A DNA stretch of 64,000 bases, taken from Amoebophrya sp. A120 (taxonomy: Eukaryota; Protista; Dinoflagellata). Where the stretch lies: the NCBI GenBank assembly GCA_905178155.1, contig CAJINV010000012.1, positions 1,802,492 to 1,866,491 of the forward strand. Reading direction: 5' to 3'. Shown in pieces: positions 13,344-25,400 of this stretch. Position 1 is the first letter of the stretch. The number at the start of each line of letters is the position of its first letter. The position numbers and the translations under genes were made by a program. The notes under the pieces were generated by a model. The model was not told the DNA's origin. It did not search any database and saw only the letters and a program-made list of their open reading frames with translations.

Positions 13344-14240
13344 CTAAACAGAAAGAGTGTCGGCGCTGTAATCAGCACGCCTGATGATCACGTCCTCGGG
13401 GCGGTTGCTACCTAAGCCAGTTGCTCGGTCCATTGCGTACTGGCATACTTGGCTCAATAGATGCTCCGGAAAAAAATCTCTAAACCGCCTCGATTTTAGT
13501 TTAAACGGCCACGGCTTGGCGGCTACCCGCGTCGTGGTCGTGCCACCGCGCGCGGCAAGCGGTGGCGGCAGCATGTGTGCCGGATCCGGAGCTTCTCCAT
13601 GATGAAAATAATATTCCTCGCATAGAATACTATCCTGAGTAAAAACGTACCCACCCCAGAGTCAAGATGGGGATTTTGCAACACAAACCTCGGAGTTTTG
13701 CGAGTCATGCATGACAAGTTGCAGTCCGTAAGGTAGTGCAAGTGAGCAAGGAAAGCCGCATCACAAATCGATCTGCTGATCCTGTTTTACAGCATTACAA
13801 GTTCCCGAACACGATTGAAAATGCCTGTCATGGGGTTGCGCATCACAAATGTTTCTATCATGGCAAATCTGCATGACAACTCTGGGGTGGGGACGTTTTT
13901 ACTCAGGATAAATACGCTGAATTTCCTTCTTGTCCTCAGCTGGAGGATTCGCCTGTGGCCCATTCGAGGCCGTGTTTCCGCGTCCCGGCGTTCCTTGTGC
14001 TGGATTGTTCGCAGAACCTTCTACTTCCAAAAAGGGTGTTTCACGAGGACGACGACCTCCTCCATTTCCAAACGACGAACGGACCTGCAGCCGTAATGCG
14101 GACGCAACAGGACAGAGGAAGGACAAAGAGGACGCGACCGCAAAAATAACCAGCGCCGTCATTTGACGAGCGCGAGGTGGTTTATGGCAGGACACCCGAC
14201 CACCACACCTCCACAACGGAGACGGACTCAAGATCTCCAT
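13344..14240 (-). CDS. Small two-exon putative secreted protein
   Basis: MTALVIFAVASSLSFLCPVASA is signal-peptide-like. Removing 13631-13910 plus DR gives IQRI|LCEEYYFHHGEAPDPAHMLPPP in frame. Confidence 0.55.
13631..13910. mobile_element. Introner family C
   Basis: TATCCTGAGTAAAAACGT / ACGTTTTTACTCAGGATA perfect TIR; DR AATAC. Confidence 0.95.
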
Positions 14241-16400
14241 TTTATCTGCGGTTTCTGTGCCGATTGATGAAGTAAATAAAAATCAGGAGCAATGCAATTA
14301 TATAGAATAAAGCGCACAGAAGTTGTAGATGGAAGCCTTCTGACAAGGATTTGAGTGAGAGCACTGTGATGAGTAAAGCGTCTACTGGTATTATAGCTGT
14401 AGGAGCTGCGAGGGAGTGCGACAATCACAATCAGAATCAGACAACAATAATAAATACTGAATCAAAACAAGATTGATTAAAGATGACTCTGTTAGATCTG
14501 AGCTCGTGCCGCGTACTAGTGCGACAGTAAATCGCTCTTGCTTAGTTACAACTGAGAAAGTAAGTAGAGAAGTCGTTCGTACAACTTCAACCTACAAGAT
14601 TATTTCGGGGGAATACTGAGTTAGCAGATCTTTGCTTGCAATGCTGTCGCTGTTTTCCACCCAAGGAAGGCGAGGACTGATGTAGTAAAATATAAATAGC
14701 GGGGGTGCTTAAATCGCGAGAAAATTGGTTTCTACCTGATGAGCGTAGCTCAAGACTTGATTACTTTTAGGCGGTGTCGGTGAAGAACGAGAACCACTTC
14801 TAATGATAATCAGAGACCTGGTGGTGCGCGAAGATTCGTATGGTGATGATGTGCTAGGGCTAGCGGGAGTGGCCATTTCTCTTTTTGAGACATGATATCT
14901 ACTTCTGGCGACTCACTCATGAATGCGAAATCAATATCATTTTTATCCTGATCGCTGATCATGGGGCAGAAATTTCGCACCGATTTCTTCATCTTGTTCT
15001 TCGGATGTGTGTTCCGTGCGCCCTTGACCGCTAGGCCGTTATCGAAGGGCGACAAATCTTCATGATAGAAATAAATCATCTTCTTGTTGCTCGTACCGAA
15101 AGCTTCGATCTTGTACGTGATTCCACCAGCGGATCACTTTTATATTTTCTTGGTTTTATATATTTCTGTTGTGCCTGACTCTGAGCTGCATCTTCAGATC
15201 TTCACGAACCGTTCGGAACGAACTTTTTCGGATTCGGGTACAGTATTAATGCCAAAGGTTGCTCAAGAACATTTCTGACCGATGTTGATGCTCTTTTGTT
15301 CTCTTCGTCACGTCGAATCGATTTTATTTTCGTGCCTAGAACAAGTAGCGAGCCGGAAGATATAATCATTGCTCGTGTAACCTAAAATATTAACACACAA
15401 GACCTCCACCGAAAAACAAGGCCTTGAGAACTGCAACCCACCGGGATGGCCGCGGGGGCATTGCAAGCATAAGAAAAATTCAGCATTACTTGAGATGTTG
15501 ACCCGAGAAGGTTTTCTTTTCTACGAGTTTGCAATTCATCTGCTGGGTCCGCGGATCTAATACATTTGGTCCGTCTGGATCGATCCGGTCGAAATAAAGA
15601 GGACCTCTTTATTCGTCTCGCATGGTATCAGATCTCAGAGTCAGAAGCGCATGCAAAAAATAGAGCGAATTCATGATGAAACTACAAGATTTAAGATTAG
15701 ACTTAAGTAGAGAGGGGAACAATACGTATGAAAAAATGAAAAGGACTGAAGAGCAAGGCACTTAAAGGCAAAAATCTTCGACATCCTAGAACAAAGCACA
15801 GCGAGCGCCTTTGCACAGTGAGAAATGCAAAATGAAACAAACAGCTCGATAGTGGTCTTCTTGTACTGTTTTTTTCTTTGTTGCATGATAGATTTCTAGT
15901 ATCGGGCTCAATCATAGCTACTGCGAGTAATGATATGTGCTAATGAATCCGAGGATCACGATCAGGCACAGTGCCGAGAGAAGAAAAAAAAAACCTCAAG
16001 CTCCTTGAAGCAACTATTCGTCGCCTCAGAAAAAAAAAGTGAAGAATTGGCACGTGGACAAAGAGTCTAGTAGTAGATGTTGACAAGCGACCACAAGGAC
16101 GCTTCGCTATATGAAATGTTGATCATGAAAACAGAAAAGCTACACTGTGCACGTGTGCTGGGTGTTTTGTTACTATCCTTTTTACCGTGTTAGTGCTATC
16201 ATAAGTGCTGTCGTCGGCTTTCGTACCCGTACGTATCATGAATTAATGTACTTATTGTGCAAGAAATGGTAAATGCCGTGTGCTGCGTATCACATAAAAG
16301 CGAAGCTAAGCGCGCTTTATCAAAAGAGCAAGTGTTTATTTTATAGAATTTGAAGCAAAAGTTGTTGCGATGATCATGTCACTTTCGTCCCTTCCTCAGT

Positions 16401-19400
16401 TCAGTACTTCCGTTTATACCACACAATGTACTCGGGGTAAGTCTGCGCCTGGTCATACACCACAAATTCCCGAAAAGTGTTCCTGCACTTTTCCCGATCT
16501 CCCAGAACCGAGTGGTACAGACTCGACGGCGCGGCCGGGTCAAGAACCTGATCCGTGTTCTTATCAAAAGGAAAAACTGTTTCACTGTGAACCTGTGATG
16601 CAGAAAATGGAACACAAAAATATCTGTCTTGCTACACCTGCAAGACATTGAATTTTCAAGCATGTTTTCCCTTGGCCAACGCGCATGGCAAATTTTCAGT
16701 GTCATGCGTAACAAACTTGTGATGCAGATCTTGCAAAATCATCACAGTGAAACAGTTTTTTCGTTGGATAGTTCTCGCTCTTCGTGCACTGGCGCACCCG
16801 CGTATCGATAGGAAAAAATTTCCCGTGCTTGTTGCACGACGTGTGGAGTAGTTTGTTTTTCTTGCACTAAAAGACTTGTCTCCAACATTCCCACTCAGCA
16901 TCAGCATGGAGACAACATGTGGCATGCTTAATAAATAAGTTGGAGATATAAAAACTTGTGATGCATCTTGTACGTCGTGCTCGTCGAGGGAAAATTTGTA
17001 TTGCATACAGCGCTTCCACCTCGGCCTTCTCCAGTTTCTGCTTCTCACAGTACCGGACACGATATGCAGTAAGAACATGTCTGGGTCTGCTGGATACTTG
17101 ATGTCTTGCTGCTATTCGTATTGCAGCGTGACCGCTTGTACCTGCTGCGGCAGAAGAGCATCAGAAGTTTAATAAAACGGATGACAAATCAAACTGCCAT
17201 CCAGCACGACAAGAAAGGTCACCAATCGCATCCATGCATTACACAGATCTTGTTCGTGTAGTCTTTGAAAATGAAATCTCGCAACGTCACAAATCCAGAC
17301 CCAGGCATATTTGCAATTCATACATGACCCAGCACTACCCGGCACAAGATCAACGGGCGCAACTCCTCGTCTCTTGTCTCCGTCGTGTACTCGTCCGCCT
17401 TGGTGCTCGATTCCGCGAAGTACAGCCCTTTGCCGTAAAGACTACCGGCGTTTATCAAAGTGAAAAATCCCGCCCCCACCCCATACTCTGTGATGCAGAT
17501 AGCTTTGTCGTGCTAGAATGGAAAAGCTGCGGACTGCAGTGCTGGTTGGCGTGGGAAAGCCTTGCATCTTCAGCATGATAGAGGGCAGCTAGAAGTGGGA
17601 AACAGCATGACAAATTGCCTGCAAACGAGGCCACAGCTGAGTCTCTTGGCCTTCTAGCATTACAAATCGATTTGTGTACTCAAATATAGCATCACAAATT
17701 TCTTTTTCGATATGGGGAGGGGGGATTTTTCATTTTGATAGCGTTGGTCCCGGCTTTTTTCAGGTGGAACTCCGTATCGGTGATTAACTCCGCCGCCTCC
17801 GGGGTGGTGCCGTGAAAGAGATAGAACTCGTTCACGTTCTGCGGTTCAATGGGTTCCTGCTTGAACAGATTCGGGCACTTTTGCGTCCACGAGGGGATCG
17901 CAGAGAAGGTTTTGATGTTGTCCTCCTTGCTCTTCACGCAATACTTCTTTATCCTGCGCAAAAGTATCGAAGTCGTACTATCTATAGTCGCGGTCATGCA
18001 AGACAGAATTCCTTTCTCTTGCTTTCCCCAGCTTCTACAGCAGCATGTGCATGACAAGTTCCGTGTGCTGCCATATTCCTGAGCTAATTTGTAAGTATTG
18101 CAGTCACTACTAGAACTACCCCGATACTTCTGCAATGCATACTCTTGACGGCGTGTACATTTTGCTGTCCATTCAGTTTCTCCAATTTTTTACAATCCTC
18201 CAGAATCTCTCTTTTCCGCTCCTGGTAGAGACTGAAATGCTTGGAATTCTGGATCTTCGTGATCTTCTGCACCAGTAATCGCTTGGGCACCTTGTTGCCA
18301 TGAACGCTGTCCTTCCGGTCGCGCGTCTTTACGTCTTTGATAAAAGTATCACATGGAAATATGTCATCTGGGTCTGGGGTAGAGACGCAGCAAATTTGTG
18401 TTGCTGGGTCATGCAATCGTTGAGCAATGTTTTTTACGCCGTCGTCGCATCACAAAATAGCTTCTCCCTCGGTCGAGTAAGAATTGCGATTTTTGGCATG
18501 TTTTCGTTTTGCATGAAAAAGACAAACTGAGTTTCACAACATGACAAAAAAACTGCCCCATCGTATTTATGCATCGCGAATCCTCGCTGTCCTTCAAATT
18601 TCGCCTCACAAATCCGGACCCAGACGTATTTGCAGTGCGTAAAACGTGTCATCAATCAAGTCCTGTATTAATCGGTGCAGGGACAGCGATTGGACCTTCG
18701 GCTTCCAGAGCGATGAAAGGGTGAAAGTGCGGTTGTTGTTATTTGCCCCAGCCGTCGTCGCGTCGGTAGACGACGGGCCCGCGTTGTCACTTGTAAAGTT
18801 GTTCACCATCACAGAACCTGCTGTGGCTGTCCCGCCCCTGTTCGGTGCGGCAGCTGTTCCCGCTGCGCCTGCTCTTGCACCGTTATTATCCCCGAAGAAC
18901 GTCCCGTCCAGCATTTGAGTCAAGTTCTGGCCAAACCAAACGCTTGACTTGTACTTGTCAATTCGTTGCTTCGCCTCGTTGAACGCTTCATTGTTCCAGG
19001 TGTCGAGCCGCAAAAACTTCAATTCCTGAAAGAGCTTCGTGTTCTCTGCCAAGTGCGCCCCGAGCCGGTCGGACTGGAGAAGATTTTGAAGCTTTTTTAA
19101 CACCGTGGCCCGCTTCAACAGGATCAGATTTGTCTCGAAAATGTGGTCCAGGATGGCGGGAAACGTGAGGTGGTGGACCAGAGATGTAGTGCTGGTTCTT
19201 TTGCCTGCATTTTTCGCAGTTGTTTCTTCTTGTTGTTCCACTGGCTTTTTCCCATAATTCTTTGTTCCGACCTCATTGTTGTTGTTTATGAAGCCGTTGT
19301 GAAGAGAACAAAGATGAAACGGCTTCAGTGAATCGCAAGTCGAGGTCAGCACCCCACCCCCGGTCTGGGCGCACTGCTCCAGCGCACGGTACAGCTCCAA

Positions 19401-22400
19401 TTGGTTGGGGTTGTTCAATATCGTTTCATGCGCATTTGTATCCTGTGCAAAAGTATCGTACTCGTAGTAATCGCAATTATGCATCACAAATCGCATTCCT
19501 TTGCTAAAACAGCATGACAAAGTCAATTTGTCATGCTGGGGAAATTTGTAATGCAATTTATACTAGTACGATACTTTTGCATTTGATAATTTGTGCTGCT
19601 CAAATCCTGGAGGAACTGCGCAAGAATTTTCATTTCCAAAGCGGGCTCCGTGTCCTTTTCCGCAGGGTCAGTATGGAGAATGTCTTGCTCGAGGGATTGT
19701 AGTTTTTTGTACAGGTGCTGCTGGTTCAAATACGGAGCCGGAGTCGGCTTGTGTTGCCCCGTCTGCTGTGGGCCGCCGTGCACTTGATGTTGTCCGCCTC
19801 GGCGATCGGGCGTGTCGTCGATGTCCACACCGACATGATCTGCAGCACTGTCGGGCGACACAACCCCGGCTTCCTATCCTATGCAAAAACGTCCCCACAC
19901 CATGGATACGTCAAGATGGGAAGTCTGCAACACCAATCCCCAAGTTTTGGGAGTTCTGCATGACACGTTTCGATCTGTAGTGTAGTGCTGGCTAGCAAGG
20001 AAATCCGCATGAGAGAGCCACTTTTTCATCCTGTTTACAGCATTACAAATGCAAAAACACTACAAGAAATGCCCCTCATGGAAATGGGCATCACAAATGT
20101 TCCTGTCATTGCACATCTGCACTACAACTCTGTGGCTGGGACGTTTTTACACGGGATACTTCCTTCTTCTTCTTCATCTTCAGCAGTTTCTTCTTGCCCG
20201 GGTGGAGAAAGTGATTCAGTTCCAACTTTTTGCAACTACCGTTGTTGCCCGAAATTAAACAAGCATTCAGCGGCTCGCCCATCAAATTTTCCGCCGCTTT
20301 CAAGACGGCCAAACCCGCGTCGATCCGGTCAAGCACTAAGCGGATGCTCTTCTGGTCCTTCAGCGTGACGCAATTTTCGTATTTCTGCACGAAACTATTC
20401 AGCGTCATGGTGAGAAGCCGCTGCAGGTCTTCCTTCTTCTCCTGCAGCAATTTCTTCAGCAAACTCTCGTTGCGCAGAACAATCTTTTGTTGGTTTGTTT
20501 CAAAATTCTTGTCACCAGCGATTTTTGTGTCGTGCGGAGAGGAGAGAGACGAACTGCTGGACGAAAGATTGACTTCGTCCGGCTCGTCTTGCTTCGTAGT
20601 CGTTCCCGCAGCTGCCTCTTGAAATTGCTGCTTCGTGACTTTAACCTCATCGGTGTAAAACGTATTTACCTATGGATTGCAAAAGTATCGTACTCGTATA
20701 AATGCATTACAAATTAGCCCAGCATTACAAATTAAATTTGTAATGCTGTTTTGCCTTGAGAAAGAGATTTGTAATGCATAAACGCAATTACTACGAGTAC
20801 GATACTTTTGCACAGGATATTACCGCTTTTTCCAATTTCTTCAGCTCCCGATACTATCAAATGTAAAAATGTCTGGGTCTGGAAGATTGCAAGGTTTGCC
20901 ATGCACATTTTGCATTACCCGTGATGTCTGTGATGTATGCACCAGCATCACAAATTTTTTGCGGGCATCTTGATGCCTATCCCGCATGAGAAATCCCCTC
21001 TCCGCGGAGCAAAAACTGGACGCCTCCTGTTGCTCATGCAATACAGATTTTTTTGGATTCCAAAAATAGCATCACAAGTTCCAATCTTCCAGACCCAGAC
21101 ATTTTTACATTTGATAGATACTCGGAAGAGTCCATCCAGGATTCTCTATGCACTGCATATATGTCTGGCTCTGGAAAGAACCTGTGATGCTGCATTGAGC
21201 TTGAGCATGAAGGAAGCGCTTGCAATGGCAGCCAAGCACGACAAGTTTTTGAAACGCCCGCTGATGCCTAGCACGCATCACAAATTGCGTTTTTGCATGA
21301 CAAAGCAAGCTTCTCTTCTGCTGCTCATGCAACACAGAACTTCCAGGAATGCAAGACACGCATCACTACAAGTTCCACTTTTCCAGAAGACCCAGACATT
21401 TTTGCATTTGGTATTCCAGTGCGTTGTTCAAATCTTGCAGTTCTTTGTCGTCTATCCAGTGCAAAAGTATCGTACTCGTATTGCAATCATGCATTAAATT
21501 TTCTCAACGTAAATCTGCATTACAAATTTCATTTCTCATGCTGGGGAAATTTGTGATGCAGTTTATACTAGTACGATACTTTTGCACAGGATATCGTCGA
21601 ACTTTTTGTCCCGACTCGTCATTTTGATGCGTTGCTCGAAAATTTTTCGTTTTTCCAAGGGATTCACTTTATTCTGAACTTGTTCTAGAAACTTGTCTGT
21701 CGGAATGATGAAGTGCAGTTGTTTCGGAGCAGTACTGTTTGTTTGCTCTGCTCCGCCGGCATTAATTTTAGTTTCTCCTCCAGCGGTAGTCGCTGTCGTG
21801 GTCGTTGTTCCTGTTCCGCTGCCCTCCGATGGAGATGTTGTGGTCGATTCCACTGCAGAAGCACTCGTCGGCCCACTAGCTGCAGCTTGCTCCAGCAGTC
21901 GGCTTTGCAGCGTGAAATTCCGTTTTTCTGCTTCCAAATGCCGAGAAATTTGCTCCCGTAATTGCCGGAAATAGGGCTTGTACAGTTTCGGAATCAAATT
22001 TTGGTCCACCTTAGAAGCTTGCGGACTATGATTTCCTCCACTTGTACTTCCTCGCTTGTTGTTGTTCCTGCCCCCATTTTTCCACCCGCTAAACATGTTT
22101 GCCACCACCATTCCAAAACACGACACAAAACTGCTCTTCACGCCCGCGAGACACCGGAGGCCCGCGTGAAACGGGATGCAGCAGAATAAAACCATGACGG
22201 TATTGCAAAACCCTTTGACGGATTCAAAAACAAACGTAAAGACGCCAATCGTGGATTCCAGACAGGCGCTGCAAGGGTTGAGCTTGTTCAACATCGGCTG
22301 CTGATGATTCGCTTGCTGGTTGTGCCCCGCAGTTCCCGTACCAGTTGTAGTAGTACTCCCACCAGGTGGGTGCAAGTTCTGCGTCGGCGCGCGGGCCTAT

Positions 22401-25400
22401 GACAGTGCACAACTCCACCTCCCCCTCATTTGTATAGCATGAACGGCAATACTAATACAAGCATCAGCAAGAATGCCAGTTCTGCATGACAAATTTACAC
22501 TGGAGTGTAGGAACTTGTCATGCAAACAGTGCCAAGAGGAACAGACTGGATTTGGGATTTTGCATGACAAATGAGGGGGAGGGGGAATTGTGCACTCTCA
22601 TAGGGCCGCGACCGCTGCGGGCGCGCCCGTGTCGATGACCACCGGTTGTTGTCCGGCTGCTCTCCCTATCAAATGCAAATATGTCCTCTGGGGCTGGAAG
22701 GATGCAACTTGTCATGCCTAGTCTGGATCATGCAAAATTCTGTGTTGCATAAGTGCCAAAAGCAGCAGCTGTCCACTTTCGACCAAGTTGGCAGTGAGTT
22801 TCTCACGCAGGATAGGCATGATACAGATCTCGCGGAATCTGTCATGCTAGATCCTGCATTCCAGACCTCATGCGTCATGTTGAACCTGCATGAGAAGTCT
22901 TATACTCTTCCAGATCCAGACATATTTGCATTTGATACTCCCCGCCATCACCGGCTGTCCGACAGTTGCGTCAGGCCCGCGAGACGTGTTTGCCACTGGT
23001 TGCCCGTGCGCGATATTGGGGTTTCCGTCGGTTGGAATGCCAACAATGATGTCGTTGCTGTCGGTATCGAACAAAAAAGCATTAGCGTTAGCGTTTTCGA
23101 ATTTTTTCAAACAAGCGAGATTTTTGTTGATTTTGCATGTTAAGTTAGCAAGTTCACGCTCAGACGAACATCCGTCAGCTAAGTGTGTATCCTTCTCCCC
23201 CGGTGCAACAGGAAGCCGGCGCCCCTTCGTATCCTCCAGCATTTTGTTGCAGATCCTCTCCGCCGTTGGTCCATACTTCAGTGCCCAAGCGTTGATGATG
23301 AAATCCACCCGCCATCGGGCTGCCACCAGCGTCGCCGGGCTTTTGCCTGATTTGACCAGGTTCGGGGCAGATTGTAGTGCGGGTTTGCATTTCTTTTGGG
23401 TGTCTACTGGCGTTTCGTGGCCGAGCCATCAAAAGTCTACAGATTTGATGGCCAGCTGATGCAAATTTGAGTGGTCAACAGAAAAAAAGCTAATGGTGAA
23501 ATTTGTTTTCAAGCTATAGGTCGTGTCAAAGTCTGTCATTAGCGTTTTTTACAGGCACCCAAAAAAACGCTAATGCCAAAAGTTTTTTTTCAGTGTTAGG
23601 TCGTGCCAAACTCCGCCATTAGCGTTTTTTTCCGAACCGCACAAAAGCCGCACTTTTTTTGGGCGCCCGGAATAAACGCTAATGCCAGACTTTGGCACGA
23701 GCTAATGTTGGAAAAAAAAAATTGGCATTAGCGTTTTTTCGGGTACCAGGAAAAAACGCTAATGCCGAACTTTGGAACGACCTGTAGCTGGAAAAAAAAG
23801 TTTGGTATTAGCGTTTCTTTTGTGGACCATTCAAATTCGCCTCTGCTCGGGGGGTCAAAATGACCTCCGAGGACAGAAACGCTAATGCCAGACTTTGGGA
23901 AGCTTGATCATCTTGCTCGGGCTCAAGAGCCGCGAGCCAGAAACGGGTCTTCAGGCACTCCAGGAGCGACGGCTTGTCAGCCCGCCGCATGGTCAGAAGG
24001 TCGCGTAGCCGGGAGTCCCTGGAGCCCCAGACATGCGCGCGGCCGAGCTGTCGCCCAGATCTTTGGCGGTATCATATCCGATCCGCTCCGCGGCCGAAGA
24101 GACTGCTTCCACTGCTTCCAGTTAGCGCGAATCTGTCTGAACGGAAGACAGCTACCTCACTAGCTAGAATGAAAAAAAATTTGGCTTTCGCCAGCAAATG
24201 TCAAAACGCTAACGCTAATGCTTTTTTGTTGGATAGTCGGGCGTGATTTTGTTGTTCATGGCGTCCTTGTAAAAGCTGGATTGCAACGAGTCCCCGCACG
24301 GCCCGCTGCCGGAGCAGCACACCGTCCAAAAGCCGAAGATAAAAATCCAGCCAGTCGCAATGAAAATCACGACCCAAAGGAGGTCAAGTTGCTCGTCTAA
24401 GGGCTCTTCTTCTCCCGGCTCCTCCATTTCAGCCGAAGTTGGAGAGCTGCGACCTCCACCGTTGTTCATTCCGCTCGCACTCCCAATGATCCCCGCCTGC
24501 GGGTACAGATCCGGGTTGAAGTCGTAAGCCGGCTCGGATGGCTGGGAAGCACCACCGGTTGTACTGCCCGTGCTAGTTGTACCGGGGCGGTGACGCAACA
24601 CCTCGGCATTGTTGTTGTTATTCGTGTTCCCCCCGGGGGCTGCATTGTTTCCCGCGACTGTCAATGTCGGACTGCTTGCAAGGTCGTGCCACTCCCCGTT
24701 TTCCACCCCCGGCATGGAAACGGACAAAACCTTCATGCCCTATCAAACACAAAAGTGTAGTCTGGGTCTTGAAGGATGCAAGGTTTGTCATGCAGGTTTT
24801 TCATGACCCATGAGGTCTGGAATGCGGAACCTAGTATGACAGATTCTGTTAGGTCTCTATCATGCCTATCCCGCATGAGAAACTCCCCCGCAACTTGGTC
24901 GAAAGAGGACAGCTTTTCGTACTCATGCAACACAGATGTTTGCATGATTCAGATTTAGCATCACAAGTTGCATCCTTCCAGACCCAGACATATTTGCAAT
25001 GCATATGCCCGGGGAGAAGACCAAATTCGATTTCCGCAAAACCGCACTTTCCACTGCCATCGTCCGCTATCAAAAGTAAAAGTGTCTGGGTCTGGAAACT
25101 TTTGATGCTGGGTGGCGTCTCATGATGAGGCTGCAAATCCTAGCTCAGCATGACAAGTTTCTGAGCTCCTAGGTGTTGCCTATTCTGCATGACAAACTGC
25201 GCTTCTGCATCACAGAAAAGCGGAGCGCTTGGGTAACGTGCATGACAGATTTAAGAATCATGCCAGACAAGCATGACAAACATGAATTCTTCCAGACCCA
25301 GACATTTTTACATTTGATATCCGCAGAGAATACTCCATTTCGTCTTTGAGCCAAATCCGGGCGGAATCCGTGGTGAAAATGAGTTTCAGATGCTTCCGCA

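Noticed and set aside
20841-21627. Recurrent short ORFs with PDPDIF / FQTQTFLHLI / CKSIVLV peptides here and elsewhere
   Set aside because: They are translations of introner TIRs, not a protein repeat family
23480-23900. Repeat array resembling CRISPR
   Set aside because: Units are short, alternate in orientation, lack regular unique spacers, match the host element's TIR core, and no cas genes are present
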